This document shows, one piece after another, positions 1-12,890 of a DNA stretch of 64,000 nucleotides (position 1 is its first letter; every line of letters starts with the position of its first letter). This DNA comes from Lama glama (Eukaryota). The notes below the pieces were generated by a model. The model was not told the DNA's origin, made no database searches, and was given only the letters and a program-made list of their open reading frames with translations. Location: NCBI GenBank assembly GCA_028534125.1, contig CM052828.1, positions 60,760,001 to 60,824,000 of the forward strand, in the 5' to 3' direction. A program made the translations under genes and the position numbers.

Positions 1-909
1 GTGTGTGGACTTTGCAGTTTGCTATCACCTTTCGGTGGGCCTCTTCCTAAGCTCCTCTTCCCTGGGTCTCATGCGGCGAGGCCGCCAGCCTGAGCACCAG
101 CCTGAGACGGCTGTCATTTCGGCGCACGTGCTCAGTTACTCAGGACAGAGACGCCGAGAATGTGGCGAGGAAGGAGTCTCCGTGGGTAAACCCTGACGTG
201 TCGTTCAGGACGTGGTTCCCTGAACTGCTCGTCGGGGCTCTGCGAGCCTGGCGTTGTTTTTAAGCGCGAAGCGGAGGCAGGCCTGCTTGTGTGTGTCCGG
301 GTCTGCTCAGCCCGGGAGGCAGAGCACCCCGGCTGGGTGTGGCGCCCACGACAGGCGGCCCTGGGGCTGAACTGGTGAGGACCCTCCTTCTGGCTTCCAG
401 ATGGCACCTTCTCACTGTGTCCTCTCGTGATCTTTCCCTGGTGCCTTTGTGCCCAGAGATGGCAGGAGGAGAGGTGGGAGGAGGGAGGGAAGGGGGTGCG
501 GCGAGCGACAGCTCTCTCTCTCTGCTCTCTCTTCTTGTAAGGCCGCCAGTCCTGTCAGATTCCCGCCCTCACGGTCTCGTTTAATCTTAATTGCCTCCCC
601 AAATATAAATTCAGGGGGACGCAGTTCAGCTCGTGGCTGAAGTGCGCCATGGACGTAGGTGCTGCTTGGAGCGTGAATGTTCCGGCAGCTAGAGGACGGC
701 AGGGACGGCGGCCTGGAAGAGCGGCTGCGTTTGCTGACGGTTTCATCAGACAAACACGGAAGCAAATGCCCTGCGGAGCCTGGAAGGACTGAGTGACGCC
801 CGGTGCTCGGGCAGGACCGGGCAGTGGGTTTGGGTGATTGGACCGCTGTTGGTTTTGACGGACCGCAGGGCCCCTGCCGGGCCGGGCCAAAGGCTGTGTG
901 TGTTTCTGT

Positions 910-1409
910 NNNNNNNNNNNNNNNNNNNNNNNNNNNNNNNNNNNNNNNNNNNNNNNNNNNNNNNNNNNNNNNNNNNNNNNNNNNNNNNNNNNNNNNNNNN
1001 NNNNNNNNNNNNNNNNNNNNNNNNNNNNNNNNNNNNNNNNNNNNNNNNNNNNNNNNNNNNNNNNNNNNNNNNNNNNNNNNNNNNNNNNNNNNNNNNNNNN
1101 NNNNNNNNNNNNNNNNNNNNNNNNNNNNNNNNNNNNNNNNNNNNNNNNNNNNNNNNNNNNNNNNNNNNNNNNNNNNNNNNNNNNNNNNNNNNNNNNNNNN
1201 NNNNNNNNNNNNNNNNNNNNNNNNNNNNNNNNNNNNNNNNNNNNNNNNNNNNNNNNNNNNNNNNNNNNNNNNNNNNNNNNNNNNNNNNNNNNNNNNNNNN
1301 NNNNNNNNNNNNNNNNNNNNNNNNNNNNNNNNNNNNNNNNNNNNNNNNNNNNNNNNNNNNNNNNNNNNNNNNNNNNNNNNNNNNNNNNNNNNNNNNNNNN
1401 NNNNNNNNN
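910..1409. other. Assembly gap (500 N)
   Basis: Run of exactly 500 N; the round number suggests a placeholder size. Confidence 0.99.
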
Positions 1410-1869
1410 TGCGGGGACCACGGTGCACAGACAGCCCGGCCCCCCGGGACTGCGTTGTGGTGGTAGACGGCAAAGTCCACACATGGTGTGGCAGGTGTCA
1501 GGAAGGGCTGGGGACAGGAGGGGTGGGGGGCGGTGGCAGGAACCAGGCCGTGGGAGAGAGAGGAGGGTTCCCGGTCCGGGAAGCTCAGGGCTGAGGGGTG
1601 GAGGGAGGGCACGGGGCCCGGGGCAGAGGCGGGAGGTGGCAGGATGCTGTGTCACACATTTTACTGAATGGGAGCTCGTGGCTGCCCTTCACTGCGTTGC
1701 CTGAAATATGGAATATGTTTTACCTGTTGCTTTTGATAAAGCTGTAAATTTGTTTTAAAGTTCTATGGCCGAATGAGGAAAATGTTACCTAGTCGGTAAA
1801 TTAGGATGGTTTTAACATTATAAAGATGCACAGATTTCTTCAATGAATATACAGTGGGTTGGTTTGTGG

Positions 1870-2010
1870 GCATAAAACATACATAAAATTTACCATTTTG
1901 CCTGTTTTAAAGTGAGTGTATGTTTCAGTGGCTTCACATACATTCATGTTTTGTGCAGCCATCACCACCATCAATTTCCAGAACTTTCCCACCTTCCCAA
2001 ATAGAAACTG
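1870..2010 (-). mobile_element. Old L1 (L1MB-like) 3' end fragment
   Basis: cataaaatttaccatttt...tgtgcagccatcaccaccatcaatttccagaac resembles an antisense L1M 3' terminus. Confidence 0.75.
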
Positions 2011-5000
2011 ACTTATGGGCAATTTTAAGTAGTTTATTCTATATTTGGTATTTGGTGTCTTGTTTGTTTTTTGTTGCTGGCTTTTTTTTTTTGAAACACA
2101 TTTTTTTAACTCAACGAAAAAGACCTTATCAGGGTCATGGAAAGACTTACTGAAACGTAAGCACTAATTGCATTTTAAAATGGAAAATGTATCCTGGCAG
2201 GAGGGGTCTTTTTTTTCCCTGTTTAATAATTGGTGACGTTAAGTTTTATTAAAATTTGAAGGCTTGACTGTGAGGGTTCGTCTGGGCTTCGTGTTTTGTT
2301 TAATATGTGCTTGCGGAGAGCAGCAGGAGCGTGATTTTTGTTCTAGAGAAGAAAGTCCGGTGTTTGCCTTAGAACAGGCAACTCTGTAATGAGGCAGAAA
2401 TCATGGAAGTCTTGTCTGTTGGCAGTGCATTCACACGACAGCAGCTCGTGATGTTACGTTTGTTTAATGATGTTACAGAGCCACATGGCTTTCTCCTAAG
2501 CGCGTTGATAAGGAATGGAAATTGAAGCATTTTATAAAGTGAAGTTTTTGTCCAGAAACTCCATTCTGCTGATTGACTGGTTTAGATAAGTTCTGTGCTT
2601 TCGGTTAATCTATAACATTTATTCTTTTACCACCTAAAAAATTACTCAGAAGTAGATTAAACTTTAAACGTGAGGATTTTTTTCTGTGCAGTTGTTGGTT
2701 CTGTGAGAAGCAATTTCCTGTCATTTCTACTCCAAGGTGACGTGAGAGCTGTTGGTTCTTAAGCTGAAATACGTCTTTGTTGGTTTCCTAAGTCACTCTG
2801 TCACTTTTTAGAGAACAGCGCTGTTTCCAAAGCAACAAGCGCCTTTTTTATTGAGTAATTAGTTTATTAGCAGGAAACCCAGTTGTGCAGTTGGGTAATT
2901 ATCTCTCCTGAGTAGTTCAGCTTGTGGAAAACCACAGGTGTAGCAGGAGGTGGCGAGATGCCCTGCTTGACAGGCGGAAGGGGAGCGTTGAGGGTTCCTA
3001 GCGGCCCTCCCGGAGCCCCTTTGCAGTTTAAGTTCCTCAAAAGACAGGTTGGCGTTGGTTTGTGTCAGTCGTTACCCTCACGAATTCAGAGACCTTTTTA
3101 GGTCTGATGATGACGCCTTGTTGACGCAGTGGCTCCTGCCCCTGGCTGGGGGCGTGGCACTGGCTCTTTTCCTTTCCGGGCCCCACCTCCCACAGACGGT
3201 CCATGCACCTTCGGTCATTGTCTCAGTGGGTGGCTGGCCCACTTCCTGCCTGCCTGTCACCTGATTCAGGAGCACGAATTCCGCGTCTGCGTTACTTCGT
3301 GTTTGCTGTGGGCCTGGCCGAGAAAGGGCAGCCTGGTTGTGTCTCGACCTGCAGGCCGAGGGCCGGGCGGAGGAGCAGGCCCTCGGGGCTCAGGAGTCGG
3401 GCTGTGTGGGGACTCTGCTCTGTGCAGGCGCCCGTCCCCCAGCCCCCGGCCGTGCTTGGTCCCAGGGTCCCAGGTGTGCTTTCCTCGGCGGCTTTGCAGA
3501 GTCCAGGCTCAAGGTTACTTGAGGGTGGCATCTTGGGAGGTGGGACGCCGCCCCGATGTGTGAGGTCAGATTTAACTCTCGGGTTGATGGGAACAGACCG
3601 AGAGGAGGCCATGTGGGCCCTCTCGTCTTTCTAAACACACCCTGGGGCCTCGGTGTCGACTCCGTTCTGGGGCGCAGATGAGGAAGGGCAGAGAGAAGCC
3701 CCAGTTCATCTCCCAAATCTGAGGCTCCTCGCCCCGGCCCAGCCGTGGGGGACGTGGTGCTGGACGGAGCTTCATGGTAAGAGCGGTCATGTGCCTCTTC
3801 ACCTTTGCTTCTGAACGCTTAATGTATCCGGAGTGCTGCAGTGTGTTCCAAAAATAGTGCATTGGGTTTCTGCTTCCCGCACAGCCTGGCCAGTAGCTCC
3901 CCAGGAGAAGGCAGTGCAGCGTCCCCGCAGTCAAAGAGCAACCTGAGTCCCCTCCCACTCTGCCCCCAGGCACGGATGAAATGCTCTGTCCGTGGTCCAG
4001 CTTACCTGGGGATTGAGGCGTGAGGGCTGGTTTCCTGCAGCCCTCCCCTCTAGGTGTGTCATTTAGACCCCAACTCATGGACGGGAGAGGGGGGCCACCA
4101 GCCCAGATGGCACAGCGGGGGGCAGAGGCTGGCCTGTCTCCAGGGCAGGTCATTTCCCTTCATTGTATGTCTCCCACGTACCCCTCAGTGGGAAGCCCAG
4201 CTGGATTCCATGGTGGTCTGTAAAGTGTGGATGGGGAGAGAGAACGTTACTCGGGGAAAGGCCTGGCCAGGAGGCCTTCTTTATCCTTGGAAATGCTGCT
4301 GCCGATGAGCTTGTGGTCCCAGTCCCCACCAGCTCTTACCCTAGGCGCCCCCTTCCTGGACCAGCCTGCGCCCCAGCTGAGGCTAAAACCCCTCCGACGT
4401 GCGGCTCTGGTCCAGCCAGGCTGCACCCACCCCTGCCGGCTCTGGCGTCCCTGGGACAGAATCGAAAAGAGGCAAAACTTGTGGAGCCGACCACGCACCC
4501 AGGAGGGGCTGGACGCTTCCAGAAGCGGGCGTTTTCCCGGCAGCCACCCCTGGAGCTCAGAGCGGGCGTTTGCTTGGATGTTGGAACGAGACACGTTGGG
4601 TCGCTGTGAGCAGAGGCCCGAACGTGTGACGCAGGGAGCCTCGGTGGACCTGGGGTGGTGGTAGGCCTGTCCGCAGTGTCACACGGCAGAGGCCAGGTCG
4701 CTGTGTGCGTCCCTGGGAAACGCTTCTCAACATCCCGGTGCTCACGGACCTGAGCACCGTGCCGTTAGCCGTGCTGGAGCGGAAGGAGCCGTGGCCGCGT
4801 GGAGGCCGCGCCGTGTCTGGGTGCCTCTCAGATGCTCTCACGGGTTTTAATTCCCGTTTAAGCCGCCCCTTCTGAGGCTGCCTTTGTTCAGGCAGGAGGA
4901 AAGGTTTGCCCCGCTTTGTTTGCGGGGAGATCGCCTTCTGGCCATTTACTCTTTTGCTGGCAGTACCTGTTGATAAGGATGAAGTGAAACCAGATACCGG

Positions 5001-5639
5001 CTTGGCTGCACCCAGCGAGGAAAGACAGGCAGGAGGGCGGCCGCAGTGGATGCCAGGCAGGTGGTGTGGGACCAGGAGGGCGCAGGAGCCCAGGGCTTCG
5101 TGACACCCCGTCCCGCTCTGGGTGGGGGGCAGGGGGCTGGGGCTCCGCCCTCCTCCTCCCTCTCCCTCACTCCCCTTCTCCCCCTTTGGGAAGCCCGGCC
5201 TCCCCTGCTCTTCCCGCCCTCAGCCCTGATCTGTAGGGAACATCTCTGGGTTCCGGGAGCCCCCAGGAGCCTTCTCATCTCACCAGAGAAGATGCTTGTG
5301 GCCTGTGTTGGTCAACGTGGCTGGCACAGCCCCTCGGAGGATCCCCAGCCCCAGCCCTAAGCCACCGCAGGGGTCGGGTGACAGGAAGGAACGCGCAGGA
5401 GTGGGGCCAGCCTGGCCCCCCTGGGCCGCTCGGGGGCCAGCCCCACGCCCCGTGCTCGTCCTGTGCCTTCCTGTGACGCAACAGGCACCCTGTGCGGGAG
5501 GCTCTGACAGAGACGTGGACGAGCGTGAGGGCGAGACACTGCTGCCCGCAGCGGGTGCGACACCCAGAGCTGTTTGTCCTGTAGTTTCTGACGGATTGAT
5601 GAAGTAATTATGCAGCAGGGTTTTTTCACTGTAGTAATT

Positions 5640-6010
5640 TTCCTTTGTAGCCATTTTACGATGTGAAAAGCCAGGGGCACTAAGTACCTTCACGTTCTTG
5701 TGGACAGGCAGCCCCGTCCATCCTTGGAACTCTTCACCCGCAACCGGAACCCGACCCCCCGCCGCGCCAGCCCCAGGGGACCGCCGGTCTGTTTCTGCCC
5801 GACTGTGGCCGGTCTCAGTCCCTCGTGTGCGTGGAGTCACCGGGACCCGCCGTTCTGTGGCCGGCGCCTTCCCCTCCGCGCAGTGTCCTCGAGGCCCGTC
5901 CCCTCGCAGCCTGTGTAGCATGTTTCCCTCCTTTCTAATGCCGAATGATTGTAGGTGATTCCCTCGTTTTGTTTATCCGTTTGTTGTCAGCGGACACGAG
6001 TTGTTTGTGG
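5640..6010 (-). mobile_element. Old L1 (L1MB/MA-like) 3' UTR fragment, GC-shifted
   Basis: gccatttt...aagtaccttcacgtt...gtgtcctcgaggcccgtcc...ttttgtttatccgtt follows L1M 3' UTR motif order. Confidence 0.6.
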
Positions 6011-8914
6011 CAGCGTCTTCATGGGCCCCGTACCTCCACAGAGACCTCAGGGGGCCCAGAGTCCCCGGGGGAAGGCTGCTCCGGCTCGTCTCCGAGTCTG
6101 CTGCATCTGGGCCCCGGGGTCGCCGCGTCCTGCGGACCTGGCCCGCGTGTCCCCTCCGCAGCCCGGTGGGCGCCCCTCGTCCCGGCGGCTCTGCCCCACC
6201 TGCTCTTCCCCCCTTGCCCCAGATCTCTGTCTCTCTGGGAGTTCTTCACAGATGTGGCCTTGGTCTACATCCTTTCCGCATGGGCATCTGCTTTGCTGGT
6301 GTTAATTCGCACCGGGCGGTTGTGAACATCCCCAAGTCACTCCGGGTGGTGCCCCAGAGGTCCCGGGGCTGGGCCCTGCTCCTGGGACTCAGAGGGTGGG
6401 GGGGTGTGCTCTGCGGAATGGACTGCAGGATGGGAAGGCGTCCTCCTTAGAATGGCTGCTCGTTTCCCTCTGTTGACACTCACGTAGTCTGCGTGGGAGG
6501 GGGGCCGGGTGTTCCCTGCAGCCTTGGGGCAGGAGGAGTCCAGGGGAGGCCCCTGAGCTCTCCTTTTGTCGCTGAACCCTGGGGAGAGCTGCAGAGCCAG
6601 GGGACAGCTGTGTTTCTGTTTTCTGTGCCAGTTCTGCCATGACCTGCCTGAATCCCCACAGTAAACGCTCTGCAGAGCCAACGAGGACGCTTCTGTGCCC
6701 GGCAGCCCTGCCTGAATCAGCACACAGCGAGGGGCCTGCCCGCCCACCCAGCTGTTTCCAGATCTCACGGGAAGAGGGCCCCAGGAGGTACCTCTCCACC
6801 GCACGTGCGATCCCGAGATCAGCCTGGTCTCCCCGACCACAACTCGGGGAGTTGGGGAGCCACCCCAGTGCCCGGACCCAGCCCTGCCTCCTGGGGCCGG
6901 AACACGTGCAGGGACCAGGCCCGTCTGGTGGTGGGGTGGACAGACGGTCACCCCATCAGGGACCAGGGCCTGAATCCCCCACGGCTCACACCACGTGGTC
7001 AGTGTGCTGGAAGTGGTCCCGGCGGTGGCTGGCCCCTTGTGGGGGAAGTGGGGCTCTGGTCTTCACAGGTCCAGTGTCAGTGCAGCTCCCAGCAGCCCCC
7101 GCCCATCAGGGCAGCCCGGCCCCTCTTCCGGACCCGCCCTCTCCTTCTGCTTCTCAGGAAGCCGCGTGGGTGATGAGGGTGAAACAGCAGGAACCGCGGC
7201 AGCTCGAAGGACCCGCGCCCTTTTCCTGCTCCCTGGGTCCGTGGACGAGCCGGCCCAGTGGTCAGGGGCCCCGCACTTCGGTGGGGGGCTTGGGGTGAGT
7301 GGGGGCTCAGGTGTGTCTTGAGGACAAGAAGGTGGGATTTCCATGTGAAGGAGCGTCAGGAGCCGTGCAGAGTCTTCTCCTTGGGGAAGACACTTTTTCA
7401 AGTTACAAAAAACTGAGTAAACAATGCAAAGTAGGGCCTCAGTTATTTGGAATAAAAGCTGGTGAAATAGGTGTGTACGCAGTTCACAGCTAGAACGGTA
7501 ATTCTCCTCCTGAGTCACATCCAATTTTATTCCAGAAGGTTCGGCTCTCTCATTACGCCGTGAGGTCGATCGTCAGCCAGGAAGAGAGTTTTAGAAAACT
7601 TCTCAAAACCAGACGTACTCGGGTCGGCGCTCCTGTGGTGAGCGCTGAGAGCTGGGCTGCGGGGCGTTGCAGACGCTCCTTTCTGTGTGTCCAGACGTCC
7701 CCGCGTGCCCAGGTGTTCCTGCATGTTACAGGTGTCCCTGTGCTGCCGAACCGGCGACAGGCTTCAGGTTTCATTTGTTGATCCATCGGCAGCCCCTCTG
7801 CACTGCCTGTAACGGCAAACCTAATTCCCTGCATGTCGGATGACACTGAACTCATTACACAGCGATGGTAGGTGCACGCTATAAACTGCTAAAAAGCACG
7901 CGTGCGTGAAGAAGGCGTGTGGGCAGGGCCGTTCCCGCCCCGCTCCCCGCGTGGGGCTCTCTTGGTTTGTCCTCATTTCCGCCCTTTCTGTAAGGAGCGC
8001 TCGTGGCTGTGCAGCCCGACAAAGGGCGACAGCAACGTGAACGGCGAGGCTGTCGGGGTCCCTCTGGAAGCTCCACCCGCTTCACGGCTGTTTCCGCTGC
8101 TGCTGTCGTCCTGCTTTTGCTTGTGCTGCTGACATTCCACTAGCCAGCTCAACCCAGGCTTTTCCAGGTGACAGTTTTGTAACTTTAGGCGTGGTCTGCA
8201 CACATCTTCACCGAAAAGACAGCCTCAAGTGTCCTTTGAAACTTCAGGGGCTGAGAGCTGCCCTTCTCGGAGCCCCACCTCCAGGCTGCGAGCCGGGCTG
8301 TGCCTCCCCCGTTTGGGTTCTGTAACGTCCCCGCGAGGCGGTTGTCGGGGCCACTCCCTGGGTTTCGGGTTAGCACTTAGCAGTCCAGAGCTGGGAGGAT
8401 CAAAGGCTCGCCTTCTAGAGCGGAATGTTAAGGGCCCAGGGAGGCTGAAAACTTCTGGCGCTGGTTTCACCGGAAAGGAGAAGACGCTGTGTTGACCTCC
8501 TGAGCCTGGCTGATCACGCAGGTGGAGTTTGAGTGTCGTGGACCGTGTCCCAGCAGAGAGGCAGCAGGGCCCACGGGCCACGTGGCCTGAGTCTGTCTTC
8601 CTGATGTGGGCCAGGGAATTTTGTAATCATCTGTTCCAGGTGTTTAAACTTTCAAAGACACAATTTTAAAAAGCAGGTAAGTGTAAAAAGACTACCCTTT
8701 ATTTTTTTTAATATAATTTTCCGGTTTATTACTTTGTTTTGAAGCACAGTTAAAACCTAAGGGCTGTTAATGTGTGAGCAGGAGGAGTAGCCCTGTTTGT
8801 CTTTGCGGTCCCGCCTCTGGAGTCACCTCGGCAAGCCGAGCTCCACCTGCTCCGCGACGCTCGGGTTGAAGTGCTCCCTTACTTCAGAATAGGTGTGAAT
8901 GGGGTGCACCTTTA

Positions 8915-8990
8915 GGAATTGTACATCACTGTGTTGCACACCTGTGATCTGTGTAATACTGTACGGCAGCTATACTTTAATAAAATAAAA
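8915..8990 (+). mobile_element. L1 3' terminus fragment
   Basis: cactgtgttgcacacctg...gctatactttaataaaataaaa, an L1 3' end with polyA signal/tail. Confidence 0.6.
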
Positions 8991-10249
8991 CGTTCCCTGC
9001 AGCGTTGCTGACGAGAGCAAAGAGAGCAGATCAGCTCTCTGAGCAGGTGCACGACTGAACATCCGTCCCGGGGACACCACGCAGACCTTCAAAAAGGGGG
9101 TGTGGATTTAGGCTTGCCGGTGCGGAAGGAAGCTTATACTGTGCTGAGGGGAAGGCGCATCGCAAAGTGGGCACGTGACGTGAGCTGTACTTAGTGTGGA
9201 TTCACGTGAATACACGCGGAGGAGGAAGTGCGGGGAAGCACGCGAAGGTGCCAGGCCGCGAGCGTCTCTGGCCGTCAGGGTGCGGGTCCCTGTTCCTGTC
9301 CTCTGTGTTTCTGCCTTGCGCCAGAAGGTTTATATTGATTACATGTTACTGTTGTAGTCAAGAGAAAGAATAAAACTTTTACCATTAAAACAAATTTTTG
9401 CACAGCCCAGACGATCTTACTGTGATGACTGAGGAGCAGACTCCTGCGAAGGTGACAGTGGTCCTGGCGGGTGGGTGGGCAAGCCCGAGGGCTCCCGGGA
9501 CCCTCCTCGTCAGCGTGCGCGGGCACTGCCCACTGTGCCTGGGGACCTGAAAAGGTCCAGGCAATCTGATGACGAGCCCCCCCCCCGCCCCCAGAACAAC
9601 CTGAACACACTGGAAACCACGTGAAGGAAGCGAGCAGAAGGCAGGGGCTTTGCAGCGAGTGTCGCACTGCTTGGGGCCGGGGCACCACGTCCCACAAGGT
9701 CAGGTTAGACTTGAAGTTAGAGACGGGAAGAGGGTGAGCTGGGAATGAGGGACTGGGCTGGGGCGCGGGGCTGACAAGCAGCAGAGGCGGTCAGGCTGAG
9801 AGCCGGGGCCCCTCCGCACCCCACGCCCCCGACGTCCCCAGGGCCGTGCTCCACGTTTAGATCCACATGAGCAGGAGGACAGCTGTGGGAGGTGAGGACC
9901 GAGCGTGGGACGCCAGGAGAGGCGGTGTGGGGCCAGGCCGGTGTCCCTCCATGTGTAGGGAAGTTTGGGTCGTTTTAGTTCAGTCCTGGGACTGACCCAA
10001 AAGCCTAGAGAGCCTCCAGGCGGCTGACGCCTGTGTCCCGAGTCCCCTCCCCAGACAGCAGTGCCCCGAGGGTGCAGGGTGGCCAGCCCCTGGCATCCCC
10101 GGACTCCTGGGAAACCACGGTTACGGGTGCCGCGTGGGGTGGCCAGACGCCTGCCACGGCCTGGGTGGTGGTCTACCGGTTTTCAGATAAGGAAGCTCAG
10201 AAGACTGGCCACACCCCCAGGCCACACGTCTGTTGTCACCCCTCAAGGA

Positions 10250-10520
10250 GCCAGGTCTGAGCGGGTTCCCCGACACCGGCAGGGGTCCCGGTCCTGAGTC
10301 AGTGCAGACCCCACCACAGGCCAGGGCGCTGCAGACACCGGGCTCGGGGCCACCTGCACCTCTGACCCCTCAGCTGCGCGTTCGGGGTTCCCACGGCGCC
10401 CTCAGTTCCAGCAACTTGCTAGAACAACTCCCAGAGCCCGTGGAAGCGCAGTCCGCACAATTCCAGTGTTACTAGGAAAGGCACAACTCGGCACCAGCCC
10501 AGTGGAGGCCACGCCGGGGC
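10250..10520. mobile_element. MER21-like LTR fragment
   Basis: cacctgcacctctgacc...ggggttcccacg...ttgctagaacaactcccagag resembles the MER21-family consensus as recalled. Confidence 0.5.
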
Positions 10521-11619
10521 CCGTCCAGATGGGGCTCACGCTCCCCCCCGCCCCCGTGGGTTGGGGCCACCACTGTCCCAGCACTGGACGTGTCTGCCCA
10601 CAGGAAGCACCCTGGGGTCTCAGCGTGTCACTGGCCGTGGGTCTGAGCCCAGCCTCCTGCCCCCTGGCCTCCCCGAGAGGTCAGCAAGGGGGCGGGAGCT
10701 CCAGCTCCGTGACCCGTGTGTGACCAGCCCCTCCCCTGAGACCGTCTGGGGCCCACCTGAGTCACCCGGGCAGGTGTGGCCCGGAAGGGGCCCTCTAGGA
10801 ATACTGAAGGCCCACGTGGCCACACAGGAAACCCCGAGGGCTTCTGCAGCTGCTGAACTGGGCAGGAGCCTGAATCTAGCACTTGCTTCCCAGAGTCCCC
10901 AGCTCCGCATCCCCACCGCCCTTCTCCCTGCGACCGCCTGCTGCTGCTGCTGCCTTGGACCGCGGTGCGGCCTCTGGGCGCCACATCCAGGAGGGTGTCT
11001 GTTGGTTCCCGGCGGTTGGTCAGTGCCCCTTCCTCCTGAGGCTGTGTTGTTCCTGGGGGGTAACTCGGACCCCACCCCGGCTCAAACCCGGGAACTGTTA
11101 ACAGGAGGCCCTGAGCCCCCACGCCCCCTCCCAGGGGGCTGGCTTGCTGGGGGTGGCAGCCAGGTGCCTCCGTGGTTCTGATAGGTGAGGGCTTCTGGGG
11201 TCAGGACGAGCCCCCAGGGGAGTGAGACAGAGGAGGGGAGAGAGGAGGCTCCGGTGGGGGAGACGAGATCCTTGCTGAAGGCTGTTTATTTCTAACCTCC
11301 TCACCAGCCTCCCCGGCCATGTGCCAAGTACCTGGCATCCGCCAGGCGGTGAGCAGCCAGGCCCTCAGCGTCTGCCTTTCATTTTTGTTGCATCCTTTCT
11401 GCCCTTCTCGGGCCCCTGGTGCACCGGCCTGAGCTGCCCGGCTGTGCGCCTGAGCCTCGGCTCCCCCAGGCGCCTCGTGGAGTTAGTGCTGCCACCGCTT
11501 CGTGACTGCGAAGGCCAGGTGCGGGCAGCTCTCTCCTCTGCGCAAGATTGGAATGCGGTGTTGAGAATGACAGCACAGGCTTAGGCACAGGGTAAATTGC
11601 CTCTGGACCCAGTTGCACT

Positions 11620-12580
11620 GGGGGGCCCGTGGGGTTCCCTCACGGCCAGGCAGCCCTGCGGGGCACTCAAGGATTCAGCTCAGTCCTGACACTGCCCCCC
11701 TGGAGAGGGTTGGAGCCCACAGGTCAGGGCCCAGCCCCACACGGCCACCCTCTGCTCCAGACGCCCACCACCCAAGACCAGGGTCACCCGTGCTCCTGAC
11801 CGCCGGCTGCAGCGCAGAGGCCTGCACGACCCCGCGGGTCCTGTTCATTTGTCAGAGCGCTCACGGGACTCAGAAACACGTTCTTACTAAATTACCGGTG
11901 TATTATAAAAGCAGACAATTCAGTGTACTGGGCAAGGGGAGAGCCCCGTCATAGAGCCAAGCTCCGCCGCAGGCGCTGGCAGCGGGGTGAGGGCTTCCCG
12001 CAGGTGCCAAGCACGGGGTGGGACGCCAGCCTCAGACCCATCCCGCTTGGTCACTGTTGGGGGCTTTTAGAGGAAGAACAAAGAGGCCGGGGCTGATCAC
12101 CTCCCCTGACGTTTCTCAGTCCCAGGTTCGGGAGTCAAGACGTCCCGGGGTTGCGAGTCTCAGGCTCGGGGTCTGTGAGCTCTTCTTGCCCCGGGGAGAC
12201 AACCTGAGTTTGTGCGTAATTACGATGCCTGTGATGGCAATCTTAGTGCCTGGACGATGCTATCTGTTCTGACAGCAGCAGTTTTCATCATCTGACTCCG
12301 GTTGATCTGTGCTCCGTGAGCGCTGGATTGAGGTCAGAGGGGACAAGAAAGGGGACAGTTCAGGATGGAGGTGAATTGTATGCTGGGTGAGGAGCTTGGT
12401 TTTAGGGGCCTTGGCAAAAGCAGCCAAAGGTTTTAGGGGGCTCGGCAGGAGCAGCCAGATGGAAGAGATCACAGGGTGAGGAGTGGGGAGGGGACGTGGA
12501 GGGTCTAAATCCTCACCCCATCTCCACGTGTTCGCTGACCGGGAAGTTCTCCAGACCCCGCCCTTTAGGGTTTTGTGGTG
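11620..12580. mobile_element. MER21-like LTR split by a nested insertion at 11924-12444
   Basis: attcagctcagtcctgacactg...cctggagag...cccacaggtcagggc...ttaccggtgtattataaa on the left; gagcagccagatggaagag...ctccacgtgttc...gggaagttctcc on the right. Confidence 0.6.
11924..12444. mobile_element. Probable solo LTR nested in the MER21-like element
   Basis: 521-bp block starting TG and ending CG (degenerate CA), flanked by tcag/gcag; the host element rejoins when the block is removed. Confidence 0.4.
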
Positions 12581-12754
12581 TGGGCGTGTCCCGTGCTTGG
12601 CTGAGAAGTCTTACGGAAAACTTTGGGGACATTGCAAGCTCTTTTTTCAATTTACATCTTTAAACCTCTCTTGTACCGACTGAATTCATTACAGTGACCC
12701 AGTGTCATAGGGGTTGTGAGTCTGAATCTGTCTCTGGTGGTGACTTGTATCTAT

Positions 12755-12890
12755 CGCTTTATTCCATCCGCAGTTAAGGAGCGCCCACCGTGGACCAGGT
12801 GTCGTGCTGGCCGCGGGGAGTGCAGAAACAGCGAGACGACAAAAATAAGAAATGGTCTCTTCCCTCTGGGAACTTAAAGTCTGGCGGCTG
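12755..12890 (-). mobile_element. L2 3' end fragment
   Basis: ttaaggagcgcccaccgtggaccagg...atggtctcttccctctgggaacttaaagtct resembles the L2 terminal motif. Confidence 0.5.

Noticed and set aside
412-1704. Long ORFs of 210-366 aa
   Set aside because: They are open only because they run through the 500-N gap
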